DNA of 64,000 bases, taken from Candidatus Rokuibacteriota bacterium. Lineage in GTDB: Bacteria > Methylomirabilota > Methylomirabilia > Rokubacteriales > CSP1-6. The notes under the pieces were generated by a model, which had not been told where the DNA came from, did no database searches, and worked only from the letters and a program-made list of their open reading frames with translations. Location of the stretch: the NCBI GenBank assembly GCA_016193045.1, contig JACPSW010000059.1, positions 49,383 through 113,382 on the forward strand, written 5' to 3'. Each line of letters opens with the position of its first letter. Position 1 is the first letter of the stretch. Made by a program: the position numbers and the translations under genes. Positions 47,669 to 57,645 of this stretch are shown here, piece by piece.

Positions 47669-49726
47669 TCACGAGAGCTCCATGGCCCAGCGGAGCAGCG
47701 GCTCGATCGCGGGCGAGACACCGCCTCGGACAGGCATCAGGACGAAGCGGATTTCGATCGGGACCACGCCCCGCCTCTCGTAGGTGACGACCGGGGCCCT
47801 CTCGATCACCCCGTACCGAGGGGAGAGCCAGCCGTCGCTCACCGCCACGGACAGCTCCGGATCCTGGTTCCAGACCACCATCAACCGCCGGTCGCGGTCT
47901 CCGACGTGGATCACCCACGGATCCATCGAGGCGACGGCGACCTCCAGAGGGGCCAGGTGCAGGAACCCCCGGACGGTGTGCGTCCCCTTGCCCGTGAGGA
48001 GGTCACGAACAGTCCAGACACCCAGCCGTTTGTCGAACCAGATCTGGCGGCGGTGGACGACGGGCTCGGGCAGACGGGTATAACCGTTGTGCTCCCCGTC
48101 GAAGCGGTCGAGGTCGTCGTGGACCTCCCAGCCGCGCAGGGTGAAGAGCACGGTTTCGTCCCGCTCGACCGGGAAGAGGTTCGGGTCGTCGAGGAGCCGC
48201 GTCTGCTCGTATCCGTCGACCATGACCGTGTTGTGCGACGCCGTGCTCCGGAACCGGTTCCTCCACTCGGGGGAGACGGTGTAGGCGTACGTCCCGGGAT
48301 CCTGCACGTACGCCGTCCCAGCGGCCCAGCACTCGAACGAGAGGAGGTCATGGTGCAGGTGGCCAGCCGGCCCCGTGCTCGGGCCACTCACCACCAGGTG
48401 GCGCCCCTCGCCCCGCATCACGAAGAACCCACCGTGGGGAAAGGCCCGGGAGGGCACGGTCTCGGGCTTCTCCGGAATGGCGTCATAGGTTCGGAGCCCG
48501 GTCAGCCCGAGCCACCAGAGGTTCGCCGCCCCGAGGGCCCCGCTTGCCGCCTTGAAATCAGATCGGCCGAAGAGCGCGGCGCCGGCGGCCAGCAAGGCCC
48601 GGTGACTCCGCGGGTCTCGGCTGCCCAGGTCAATCAGACTGCCGTCATCGCAGTCCCCGATGGCGGGGAAGGTCCCGTCCGGGCGGGTATAGGCGAGGGT
48701 GAACTCCAGCATGCGCTCGACGCGCTCGAGAGCCGCCGGCGGCGGCTCCAGGCCGTTTCGCCGGCAGAGGCTCAGGGCCACGAGCAAGCAATGGAGGACG
48801 TCACCGTGATATCCGATGGCATGCTCGTAATCGACCCCGTCGGCCGTTACCTGGCGGGTGACCTCGCCCCACACGATGCGCCAGCCTCGCCCGAGCCACC
48901 GGCGGGAGTCCCGGACCTCGCGCAGTACCACCCCCAGCGCGAGGAGCCCGAGCCCGTCGGTTATAAAGTGGTTCCCGGGAAGCGGGCAGATCTCCAGGTT
49001 CTGGAGGATGAACCGGGCGTGATCAGCCAGGGCGGCCAGGAAACGCCGCTGGCGCCCCTCGTCGAAGACCGGCGCCTCCAGAAACAGGAAGAACGCCCAC
49101 AGCCAGTTGACGGCGCGAACGGCGGCCTCCATGGCGCATGTCCAGTTCACGCCGAATCCGGCAGGGTTGGCAGCCATCCAGCTCTCCCACTGGGCCACGA
49201 ACTCGGCAGCGTACCGTTCGCTCCCCGTGAGCCAGTAGGCCTGGCCGAGAGTCACCCACTGATGGCAGCGGGAGAGCTCCCAGACCACCCTGACGTCAGA
49301 GGGGCGGCCGGGGTCCAGGTAGTCGATCGCCGTGTGATGGCGAAGCTCCCACCGCAAGCCTGAGATCGGGTCCCGGTGCCAGTCGATCGGGTGGGCCAGC
49401 TCGACGGGTCCTCGACCCAGCAGCGGAACCCGATGGCCGCACACCTCGTCCGCGGCGCGTACCGTGGCCGCCACCGCCTCGGGCTCGTGGGCCTGCAGCG
49501 CCTCGACCAGGGCCCACCGGTCCGCCGGATGCACGAAGAAGCGGGAGGCGGCGCTCGCCCGGAGGTCTCGATGCACCTCCACAGTGACGCCGTTCGTCCG
49601 CCACGCCGACGCGCTATCGGTCATCAGCCGATGGGTCAACGCCCGGCCCCGCTGCGTGAGCTTCTGGGCTAGGATCGGAAGCGGCATCTTCAGCGCCCTC
49701 GCCACGTTCGTGCCACGCGTCCTCAT
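47669..49726 (-). CDS. Heparinase II/III-like protein (alpha/alpha-toroid plus beta-sandwich); a candidate polymer-level uronate epimerase or lyase.
   Basis: Start at MRTRGTN (49726). Large conserved blocks (WELSRCHQW, AEFVAQWESWMAANP...NWTCAMEAAVRAVNW, HGHADLLSF-like HHDLLSFE) are typical of the Hepar_II_III family. There is no signal peptide. Confidence 0.7.
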   Translation of the reverse strand: MRTRGTNVARALKMPLPILAQKLTQRGRALTHRLMTDSASAWRTNGVTVEVHRDLRASAASRFFVHPADRWALVEALQAHEPEAVAATVRAADEVCGHRVPLLGRGPVELAHPIDWHRDPISGLRWELRHHTAIDYLDPGRPSDVRVVWELSRCHQWVTLGQAYWLTGSERYAAEFVAQWESWMAANPAGFGVNWTCAMEAAVRAVNWLWAFFLFLEAPVFDEGRQRRFLAALADHARFILQNLEICPLPGNHFITDGLGLLALGVVLREVRDSRRWLGRGWRIVWGEVTRQVTADGVDYEHAIGYHGDVLHCLLVALSLCRRNGLEPPPAALERVERMLEFTLAYTRPDGTFPAIGDCDDGSLIDLGSRDPRSHRALLAAGAALFGRSDFKAASGALGAANLWWLGLTGLRTYDAIPEKPETVPSRAFPHGGFFVMRGEGRHLVVSGPSTGPAGHLHHDLLSFECWAAGTAYVQDPGTYAYTVSPEWRNRFRSTASHNTVMVDGYEQTRLLDDPNLFPVERDETVLFTLRGWEVHDDLDRFDGEHNGYTRLPEPVVHRRQIWFDKRLGVWTVRDLLTGKGTHTVRGFLHLAPLEVAVASMDPWVIHVGDRDRRLMVVWNQDPELSVAVSDGWLSPRYGVIERAPVVTYERRGVVPIEIRFVLMPVRGGVSPAIEPLLRWAMELS

Positions 49727-49733
49727 CGGCTGG

Positions 49734-50855
49734 CTAGCCTCTCGCGAAGCCGGCGGCGGCCACTCCGCTCTCGCTCCGGAGTGGGCCGATCCCGACGCGC
49801 TCGTAGACGTCGAGCAGCCGATCCTGGGCGCCCGCGTCTTCGCATCGCGAGCGCCAGTCGCCGGTGAGCCGCAGGTGCAAGGCCCGGGCGACCTTCTCGG
49901 CGAGATCTTGTACGTCCCCTCGGCGACAGAGGAGGACGCCGGCCGGCCGGAAGTCCGTATCGGTGGCGACGACGGGGACGCCCAGCGCCAAGGCCTCCCG
50001 CACCGAGGAGGCGTCGCCATCGATGTAGCTCGGCCGGACATAGACGTCGGCTCGTGCCAGGAGGGCCAGGCATCGCTCGTGGGCGACCTCTCCTAGGCAG
50101 AGGACGCGATCCTCGAGCCCGCGCTCGGCTATGAGGCGGCGCAGCGCGGCGTCGCCCCCGGAGCCGATCACGATGCATCCCAAGCGGGGGAAGTGCGCGC
50201 TGAGACGGGCGACCGCGTCCACCACGATCGGAAGGCCGTACCACTCCGGCTCACGTCCGCCTATCGTGGCCACCAGCGGCGTGAAGGCGCTCAGCATGCG
50301 CTGGTCCGCCTCCGTCAGCGGGGCAGTCGCGCGGATCCCCAGGTAAGCGGGGATGACGGACAGCCGGTCCGTCTGGACGCCGAGGCCCGCGACCGCCTCG
50401 CGGATCTTGGCGTTGACGCAGATGACGTGGGCGAACGACGCGATGCCGAGGCGCACCAGGGAGCGGCTGGCGGGGTTGAGACTCAGCAGGTACCCCGGGG
50501 CCAGGCCAGAGTGAAGCGTGAGCAGGCCCGTCGCCCCACGCATCCGGAGGACCATGGCCGCCACCACGACCATCAAGCAGCTCTTCCGGTTGTCGCAGTT
50601 GGTGTGGAGGTGGAGTAGCGCCCCGGGCACGAGGCTTTCGCATAGCGCGGTGAGGAAGTCGACACGCCGGGCGATGGCACGGTACTCCGCGCTCGGCGGC
50701 GCGCCCCGACGGAGGTTGAGGATCTTGACGGGCACGCCGTGCGTCCGGAGCCGCTGGGCCAGCTCGCTGATGTGCAGACCTTCCCCGCCCATGGGCGGGG
50801 GGTAGTAACCAGCCAACACCACGGGCCTCAGGCCGACGCCTACGGTCGCCCGCAT
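49734..50855 (-). CDS. Glycosyltransferase family 4 (GT-B fold).
   Basis: Pattern includes the C-terminal EALALGVPVVATD (the E-x7-E region). Confidence 0.75.
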   Translation of the reverse strand: MRATVGVGLRPVVLAGYYPPPMGGEGLHISELAQRLRTHGVPVKILNLRRGAPPSAEYRAIARRVDFLTALCESLVPGALLHLHTNCDNRKSCLMVVVAAMVLRMRGATGLLTLHSGLAPGYLLSLNPASRSLVRLGIASFAHVICVNAKIREAVAGLGVQTDRLSVIPAYLGIRATAPLTEADQRMLSAFTPLVATIGGREPEWYGLPIVVDAVARLSAHFPRLGCIVIGSGGDAALRRLIAERGLEDRVLCLGEVAHERCLALLARADVYVRPSYIDGDASSVREALALGVPVVATDTDFRPAGVLLCRRGDVQDLAEKVARALHLRLTGDWRSRCEDAGAQDRLLDVYERVGIGPLRSESGVAAAGFARG

Positions 50856-50865
50856 CGGTGCCGCC

Positions 50866-52020
50866 TCATGCCGCGAGGACCTGGTCGTACAGAGCAGCGT
50901 ACCTGTCCACCATGAGCTCGAGGCGCGCGTGGGCGTTCACGTAATCCTCTCCGGCCTTGGCCAGCCTTCGACCTAGCCCGCCGTCCCGGCGCAGCTGGAG
51001 CAGCGCCCGGGCCAGGGCGGCTGAATCGCCGGGAGGCACCAACAGTCCGGTTTCCCCGTCGGCGATGACCTCCCGGATGCCCAGCACGCGAGTCGCCACG
51101 ACGGGCTTTCCCGCCGACATAGCCTCGAAGACTGTGAGGGGCATGCCCTCGTAGTGGGAGGGTAGGCAGTAGACGTCGAACACCGAATACAGTTCGGGGA
51201 CGTCGAGGCGAGCGCCGAGGAAGCGCACCCGGTCCCGCACGGTCAGCGCCCCAGCGAGCGCCTCGAGCTGCTCGCGCCGCTCCCCCTCGCCCACCAGGAC
51301 CAGCCAGGCATCCGGAACGACCAGTCGGAGTTGGGCAAAGGCCCGGAGGAGCCCCTCGTGGTTCTTCTGAGGCCGAAGATTGCCTACGAGGCCGATCACC
51401 CACGCGTCGGACGGAAGGCCGAGTTCACGTCGTTTCGCCGCGCTGTCGTGAGGTTGGCCGAAGCGCCGGACGTCCACGCAGTTATAGATCACTTTGACAC
51501 GATCGGGGGACACGCCGGCTTCGTCGAGCAAATAGGCGCCCACGGCGTCGGAGGCGCCGGTCACGAGATCGGGACGCGACAGGAGCCAGCGGCCGACCCA
51601 CACCAGCCATCGGGGATACCCGCCGTCGACGTCGGGACGGATCTGCTCGGTGTGCACCCAGCGCCACCGCCGTGCCCTCCGACCGGCAAGGAACGCGTGC
51701 AGGAGTGGAGTCAGGTGGTGCGTGTGGAGGATGTCGATCTCATCGCGCTCCATCAGGGCCTCGAGCCGGGCCACCCGGGCCCGCAGTGCGTGAAGCTTCC
51801 CCATGGCGCGCGGCCGACGTCCGTTGACCGGATCGCCGATCGTGTGCACGGGACATCCTCGCGCCGCCAGAGCTTCCCCGACCAGCCCCCCGGTCTGGCT
51901 ACACGCGAACACCCGAAACCGGTCCGGGTCCAAGTGGGCGGCCAGGTCGGCGACCAGACGCTCCGTCCCTCCGGTCGCGAACGCGGGAAGGAAAAACAGG
52001 ACGTTCGTCCGTGAAACCAT
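50866..52020 (-). CDS. Glycosyltransferase family 4 (GT-B fold).
   Basis: Motifs LPSHYEGMPLTVFEAMSAGKPVVAT and GETGLLV are present. Confidence 0.8.
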   Translation of the reverse strand: MVSRTNVLFFLPAFATGGTERLVADLAAHLDPDRFRVFACSQTGGLVGEALAARGCPVHTIGDPVNGRRPRAMGKLHALRARVARLEALMERDEIDILHTHHLTPLLHAFLAGRRARRWRWVHTEQIRPDVDGGYPRWLVWVGRWLLSRPDLVTGASDAVGAYLLDEAGVSPDRVKVIYNCVDVRRFGQPHDSAAKRRELGLPSDAWVIGLVGNLRPQKNHEGLLRAFAQLRLVVPDAWLVLVGEGERREQLEALAGALTVRDRVRFLGARLDVPELYSVFDVYCLPSHYEGMPLTVFEAMSAGKPVVATRVLGIREVIADGETGLLVPPGDSAALARALLQLRRDGGLGRRLAKAGEDYVNAHARLELMVDRYAALYDQVLAA

Positions 52021-52029
52021 TCTCCAGAC

Positions 52030-53337
52030 TCACCGCGTCGGGGAGACCAACACCGCCAGCCGAGCGCCGATCACCCGGATGGCCGCCGCGAGGCCGGCCA
52101 GGTAAAAGAGCAGGAAGCCGTAGGAAATGGGCAGGAAGGAGGCGCCGACCAGAAAGCTGTAGATCGCCAGTTCCAGGCCGCTGGCTATGGCGATGACCTC
52201 GCGCGCCTCCGGGACCGGCCTGAGCCGCCTCTGCGTCTGTCGGAGCCCTCGCAGGCTCTGAACGAACAGCAGGACGTAGACGAGCAGTCCCGGAAGGCCG
52301 AGGTCGGCCCCCACCCGCAGAAATACGCTGTGGGTCACGTGTTCCCCCTTGAACCCCTTCTCGACGTACACAAGGCCCTCCATCCCCAGGCCTGCGCCGA
52401 TCAACGGATTCTCCAGCATGGACCTGAAGGCGACCTGCATCTGTTGCGAGCGGCTCTGGATGGAGCCGGCGCGGTCGCGGTCCCAATCGAAGAGGCTGTA
52501 CAGCCGGTCGGCGTAGCCGTCCGGAGCCAGGAAGATGCCCACGACGACAAGCGCCGATGCCCACAGCAGCGCCACGGGCCCCCGTGCCCGGACCCATCTT
52601 GCCAGCAGCACCGCAACAATCAGCGTCAAGCCGAGGAACCCACCGCGGGAAAAGCTGACGATGACCCCTGCCACCGCCAGACCCATCCCCGCCAGGAGCA
52701 GCACCTTCACGAGGCGCCGCCGCGCCACGAAATAGAGCCCGATCGTGAGCGCGAGGATCACGTTGAGGGTGAGGGCGAGATCGACGGCGTTGTCGGCCAA
52801 CTGGTTGGCGTAGCCCCAGATGCGGCCAGGCTCACGGGACATCGTGTGCTCGGTGGCGAAGTTGCGCAGCGCCGTCGCCGAGATGATGAAGCCGTAGAGG
52901 ACGATGGACGCGACGAGCAGCTTGAGGCGTCGCATCGTCTCCAGTAGATTGGCGATCAGAAAGAAGACGATGACGCTCTTCACGAAAGTGCTGAGGAAGA
53001 ACTCGAGGCTGCCGCCGGGCGAGAGCGAGAACGGGATCGACACCACGGCCGCGAGCGCGAACCACAAGACCAGGCGAACCTCGGGCGTGACGACCGTCAC
53101 GGGCCGCCGGTTCATGAGACGGCTCAGGACATAGGCGACCGCGGCCAGGCCTGCCGACGTCGCCGCGAGACGGAGCGGCTCCAGGCTCGGGAAGATGTTT
53201 TGTGGCGCGATGAACAGGACGAACGTGAAGAACATGAGGCACCAGAACGGGACGACGTTCTCCCGGGGTGGGGCCGCCGACGTCCGGGACGCGCCGGAGC
53301 GGGCCCGCGCCTCGCTCACGATCCCGGCGGCCGTCAC
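52030..53337 (-). CDS. O-antigen/EPS polymerase or ligase-family membrane protein (Wzy_C domain).
   Basis: About 10 transmembrane helices, with the characteristic periplasmic loop FSRGGFLGL. Confidence 0.65.
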   Translation of the reverse strand: MTAAGIVSEARARSGASRTSAAPPRENVVPFWCLMFFTFVLFIAPQNIFPSLEPLRLAATSAGLAAVAYVLSRLMNRRPVTVVTPEVRLVLWFALAAVVSIPFSLSPGGSLEFFLSTFVKSVIVFFLIANLLETMRRLKLLVASIVLYGFIISATALRNFATEHTMSREPGRIWGYANQLADNAVDLALTLNVILALTIGLYFVARRRLVKVLLLAGMGLAVAGVIVSFSRGGFLGLTLIVAVLLARWVRARGPVALLWASALVVVGIFLAPDGYADRLYSLFDWDRDRAGSIQSRSQQMQVAFRSMLENPLIGAGLGMEGLVYVEKGFKGEHVTHSVFLRVGADLGLPGLLVYVLLFVQSLRGLRQTQRRLRPVPEAREVIAIASGLELAIYSFLVGASFLPISYGFLLFYLAGLAAAIRVIGARLAVLVSPTR

Positions 53338-53380
53338 CGCGTCACCTCGCCGAGCACGGCCATGAGGTCGCTCACCGCGG

Positions 53381-54910
53381 TCACCCCTCTAGAGCTTCCC
53401 GGGCGGGGAGACCACCCAGCGCGCGGAGCCTTCGGCCCAGGGCCTGGATGGCTTTCTTTTCGCCGCTGCTGAGCACCGCAAACCGCCACAGCATCACGAC
53501 GTAGATCGCCCCGAAGGCCACACCGGCGGCGGCGAGGATCAGCCAGGAGGCCAGGAGTCCCGTTGTCTTCACCAGCAGCACCGGAATCGCCGACACGAGA
53601 GAGGCCGCGACGATCCGGGCCAGCACGCCGAGCGGCCATACCTTCGCGTACGGCAGGCCGGTGAGGCGGCTGACGCGGACGAGCAGGATCACGTGGGTGG
53701 CCGCGAGCGCCAGGACGAAGGCGAGCGGCGCGCCCGGGAGGCCGAGCGTCGGGGGAAGCACGGTCAGGAGCCCCACACACACCATGCCGCGGACCGCGTA
53801 CATGAAGAACAAGAAGCGCGTGTCGGCCCACGCCCGGGGCACGTAGTCGAGCTGGGTCGCCATGAGGGGAAGCACCAGCAGGGACACCCGGAAGACCGGC
53901 ACGGCGTCCACGAAACGGTGCGTGTACAGGAGCGTGATCACCTCGCCGGCGAGGAGCTCGAGCAAGACGAACAGGGGCAGGCAAACCAGCGCCACCAGCC
54001 GGATGCCGGCGCCGATCGTGTCGTGGATCTGGTCGCGGGCGCCGACCTGCGCCAGCCGGGTGACCTGCACAACGACCATACTGACGACAGCGCTGTAGAT
54101 CACATCGACGAACGGGACACTCATGGAGCCCACCGCGAACACGGCGAACGTCCGGGTGTCATACCCCCAGGCGACGTAGTACTGCGGCGCCGCCAAGGCG
54201 AGGACCTCCACGATGTGGCCGCCCCAAAAAGGGATCGCGTAGTTCCACTGGCGCCCCACGGGCCCCCAGGACAGCGCCCGGAAGGACAGGAGGCGGGCCC
54301 GACGGAGATAGAGGAGGAGCGCGGTGATCCGTGCGGCGTGGACCACGGTCACGGCCCACAGAATGGCGGGCACGCCTCCCCCGGCCAGGAGCACTCCCAG
54401 GACGAGGGCGGCGAGAGCGAGATCTGAGACGCCGTAGGCCACCGCCGCCTGGCGGGCGCGCTGCCGCGCGATGAGGATGGCTTCCAGCACGGAGCTGACG
54501 AGCGTCGCGCCCAGAAACACCGCCAGTTGAGGCGCCAGGGGACCCAGGAGATTCTCGTAAAAGGCTGCCCCCCACCACGGCGCCCCAGCAACGAGCGCCG
54601 CCCCGCCGACGACGGCCACGAGCGCCAGCACGGCCAGGCTCTGGGAGACGTACTGGGGTCTGGCCCGCTCGTCGCGCTGGAGGAAGTAGTACAGGCTGGC
54701 GGGCAGGCCGAGATCCAGCAGCAGAATGAACGTGGTCTGCAGCAGGAAGGCCTGCTTGTACAGTCCGAACTCGATCTGGGGCAACTGCCGGGCCAGGACC
54801 ACGGCCATGGCGAACCGGCAGACGAACCCCGCCCCCCGTCCCACCACCAGCGCGGCGGTGCCTCGCCCGAAGCTCGAGTCCACGGCTGGCCGCGAGGGGG
54901 CCTTAAGCAC
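53381..54910 (-). CDS. Wzx-type oligosaccharide flippase (MOP superfamily polysaccharide biosynthesis protein).
   Basis: 509 aa with 12-14 transmembrane helices. The composition and length are typical of Wzx/RfbX flippases. Confidence 0.75.
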   Translation of the reverse strand: MLKAPSRPAVDSSFGRGTAALVVGRGAGFVCRFAMAVVLARQLPQIEFGLYKQAFLLQTTFILLLDLGLPASLYYFLQRDERARPQYVSQSLAVLALVAVVGGAALVAGAPWWGAAFYENLLGPLAPQLAVFLGATLVSSVLEAILIARQRARQAAVAYGVSDLALAALVLGVLLAGGGVPAILWAVTVVHAARITALLLYLRRARLLSFRALSWGPVGRQWNYAIPFWGGHIVEVLALAAPQYYVAWGYDTRTFAVFAVGSMSVPFVDVIYSAVVSMVVVQVTRLAQVGARDQIHDTIGAGIRLVALVCLPLFVLLELLAGEVITLLYTHRFVDAVPVFRVSLLVLPLMATQLDYVPRAWADTRFLFFMYAVRGMVCVGLLTVLPPTLGLPGAPLAFVLALAATHVILLVRVSRLTGLPYAKVWPLGVLARIVAASLVSAIPVLLVKTTGLLASWLILAAAGVAFGAIYVVMLWRFAVLSSGEKKAIQALGRRLRALGGLPAREALEG

Positions 54911-55904
54911 GGGACGTTCCTCCGAAGGTCTCCACCAGGATCTTCACGATCCGGCTCGCCGCCTGCCCGTCCCACAGCGGCGGAGGATCGTTCGGACAGG
55001 GCGGGTGCTCCAGAGTCCACAATGCTTCCGCCACGATGCGCGCCGGATCGGCGCCGATTACCCTATTCGTCCCGTGGCTGACGGTGACCGGACGCTCGGT
55101 GGTGTCCCGGAGGGTCAGGCAAGGCACGCCAAGGACCGTCGTCTCCTCCTGGACCCCTCCAGAATCGGTGAGGACGAGACGGGCACGGCTCATGAGGGCG
55201 ATGAAGTCGAGGTATCCCAGGGGATCGAGATAGGTGATGCCCTTTCTGGACAGAGGTCCACTGGAATCCGGCATCCCCTTGAACAGGTAACTTTGGCGGA
55301 GGAGCTGGTGCTTCACGCGCGGGTGGACGGGAAAGACAATGGGCACCTGGCGAGCCAGCTCCTCGAGCGCTTCCAGGTAGTTCATCAGGGTCAGGGGGTC
55401 GTCCACGTTGGAAGGGCGGTGGAGGGTCAAGACCGCGTACGACTCACCGTCCAGCCCCAGCCGGCTCAGGATCGCCGACCGTTCCCATCTCGACCGGAAC
55501 GTCTGCAGGGCGTCGATCATGAGGTTGCCGACGAAATGGACCTTCTCCGGCGTGATGCCCTCCCGGAGCAGGTTCTGCCGGCCGCTCTCTTCCGTGACGA
55601 ACAGCAGGTCGGCCACGGCGTCCGTCAGCACCCGGTTGATTTCCTCGGGCATGGTCCGGTCGAAGGAGCGGAGACCGGCCTCGACGTGGGCGACCGGGAT
55701 GCGAAGCTTCACCGCCGTGAGGGCGGCGGCCAGTGTTGAGTTCACATCCCCCACGACCAGCACGAGGCCCGGGCGCGTCGATTCAAGAAGAGGCTCCAGC
55801 CGCCGCATCACCTCGGCGGTCTGAACCGCGTGGGAGCCCGAGCCCACGCCGAGGTTGAAGTCCGGCGGACGGATGTCCAGCTCGGTGAAGAACTGCGCCG
55901 ACAT
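54903..55904 (-). pseudogene. Second UDP-GlcNAc 2-epimerase (wecB) copy, missing the N-terminal ~40 codons (Rossmann beta1-alpha1).
   Basis: The first ATG of the ORF (MSAQFFTELD) aligns to about residue 53 of the intact copy. Homology continues upstream in the same frame (LLVHTGQHYDGPM) to about 55,940 and then stops abruptly inside the 3' end of the beta-helix gene. No in-frame start codon was identified in the homologous upstream stretch. Confidence 0.5.
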
Positions 55905-57633
55905 CGGACCGTCGTAGTGCTGGCCGGTGTGGACGAGCAGCGGGGTCAGAGCGGACGCCTGGGATGCGCAGTCCCCGGTCCACGGCCGGACTGCCCGCCC
56001 GCAGCGTGAAGACCCGCTTGGCCTCGTCGGTGAACAGCGGGTCGATCTCGAGGTTGTCGGTGGCCTCGCGGTGAGTCTCCTGGAACTGCGCCAGGGTGTA
56101 TGTCAGGTTCTCGCCCTGGCTCGTGTTGCGGATCCGCAGCACCGCCGACTTGCCCGCCGATCCGGGCTCGCCCAGGAGGATGTTGTTCACAATCCGATTG
56201 CCATTCAGGCTCCCCACGGGCCAGGCCGTCGGGTTGTGGTAATGCTCGATCCCGATCGTGTAAGGCCCGCTGTTCCGGAAGAAAATATTGTTGGCGATCA
56301 GGTTGTCGCGCACGCTGCGGCCGTCCTTTTCAGACATCCAGATCGCGTATGACCCGTTGCCGTAGAAGACGTTGTGGTAGATCTGGTTGCCGATCGCGTC
56401 TTGGGGGAGGGCCTCACCTTTCTCCGTGTAGACATACCCGAGCAGCAAGAATGAGGTCGCGTTGTTGAAGACCTCGTTGTAGCGGATGATGTGGTCGCGC
56501 GACATAATCTGGATCGCCGTGGCAGTAAAGTTCACATTGGCCCGCTTCGCATCGGAGATGCGGTTGCGCTCGACGAGCGTTCGTCGGGCCATCCCGCCCA
56601 GCCCCATCCCCGTCCCCCACGGATTCGACAGGCTGTTCCCCGCCACCACGTTGTCTGCCACCTCGGCCTGGCCGGCCCTGTCACCGCCGACCTGGATCAG
56701 GGCGTGACCGGCGTTGCGCAGGGTGTTCTTCAGGACGCGGTTGCGGCTCGATCCGTTGTCGATCCAGATGCTGTCTCCCTTGTCGCCATTCAGATCACCG
56801 ACGTCGATGATCTGGTTCCGCTCGATGAGATTGTCGCTGGACCTGGTGATTCGAATAGCGTGGCCATAGGCGCCGGGTGCCGTGCCGGTATCCGCGATAT
56901 AGGAGTCGCGCACGACGTTGTGATGCGCGCCGGCGTCGAGCATGACGGCATTACCGGGGACGTTCTGGATCCGGAGCCGCTCCACCACGATGTGGCCGCG
57001 AGCCTCGAGCCTCACCGCGACGCCGGAGCGGCCGCCGGCGAGCACGGCGGTCTGGTTGGGATAGCTCTTGAAGGTGATCGGCTTCGCGGGAGTTCCCGAG
57101 ACCGCGGGACGAATCTGCTGGGCCGTGAAAGTCCCACGCAAGAGCACCGTATCACCCGCGACGACGGAGCGGTTGGCCTTCTCCAGGGTCCGCCACGCCG
57201 TCTCCGGGCTAGCCCCGTCCTTGCCGTCGTCGCCGCTGGCGGCATCGACGTAGAGGACCCGGTTGAAGGTCGGCGGGTTCACGACGGTCAGCCGGAGGGG
57301 GGCGGACACGATCACGGCCCCCGAACGGTAGTGGGCCTCCGCTGTGACCGTATACTCTCCAGGGGTCGCGCTGGCGGCGCTCCAGACCACCTCGTACGGA
57401 CGCGTGGTGTCCGGCGCGTCCAGGACGTAGCCATCCAGCTTGAACTGGACGGCGAGCAACCCCGGGTCCGGCGGCACCTCGGCGGTGAGCATCACGGCTC
57501 CGCTCACCGGGGATGGTTGAGAGGACCGGAGTGAGACGGGCAAGGACTGCGCGTGGCTGGAAACCGGGCCGCACACCAGCAGCAGGGCCACGAGGAGCGG
57601 GAGACCCCTTGCCAAGCTTCGGTGGTCGTTCAC
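55783..57633 (-). CDS. Secreted right-handed beta-helix protein with an N-terminal Ig-like domain (paralog 2). Its C-terminal tail is replaced by read-through into wecB-derived sequence.
   Basis: GTG start and signal peptide (LARGLPLLVALLLVCGPVSSHA). Motifs match paralogs 1 and 3 up to ...GLRIPGV. The last 56 aa (RSDPAARPHRP...) are unrelated and are encoded by an alternative frame of the truncated wecB. Confidence 0.75.
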   Translation of the reverse strand: MNDHRSLARGLPLLVALLLVCGPVSSHAQSLPVSLRSSQPSPVSGAVMLTAEVPPDPGLLAVQFKLDGYVLDAPDTTRPYEVVWSAASATPGEYTVTAEAHYRSGAVIVSAPLRLTVVNPPTFNRVLYVDAASGDDGKDGASPETAWRTLEKANRSVVAGDTVLLRGTFTAQQIRPAVSGTPAKPITFKSYPNQTAVLAGGRSGVAVRLEARGHIVVERLRIQNVPGNAVMLDAGAHHNVVRDSYIADTGTAPGAYGHAIRITRSSDNLIERNQIIDVGDLNGDKGDSIWIDNGSSRNRVLKNTLRNAGHALIQVGGDRAGQAEVADNVVAGNSLSNPWGTGMGLGGMARRTLVERNRISDAKRANVNFTATAIQIMSRDHIIRYNEVFNNATSFLLLGYVYTEKGEALPQDAIGNQIYHNVFYGNGSYAIWMSEKDGRSVRDNLIANNIFFRNSGPYTIGIEHYHNPTAWPVGSLNGNRIVNNILLGEPGSAGKSAVLRIRNTSQGENLTYTLAQFQETHREATDNLEIDPLFTDEAKRVFTLRAGSPAVDRGLRIPGVRSDPAARPHRPALRRSDVGAVLHRAGHPSAGLQPRRGLGLPRGSDRRGDAAAGASS

Positions 57634-57645
57634 CAGTAATCGCGC

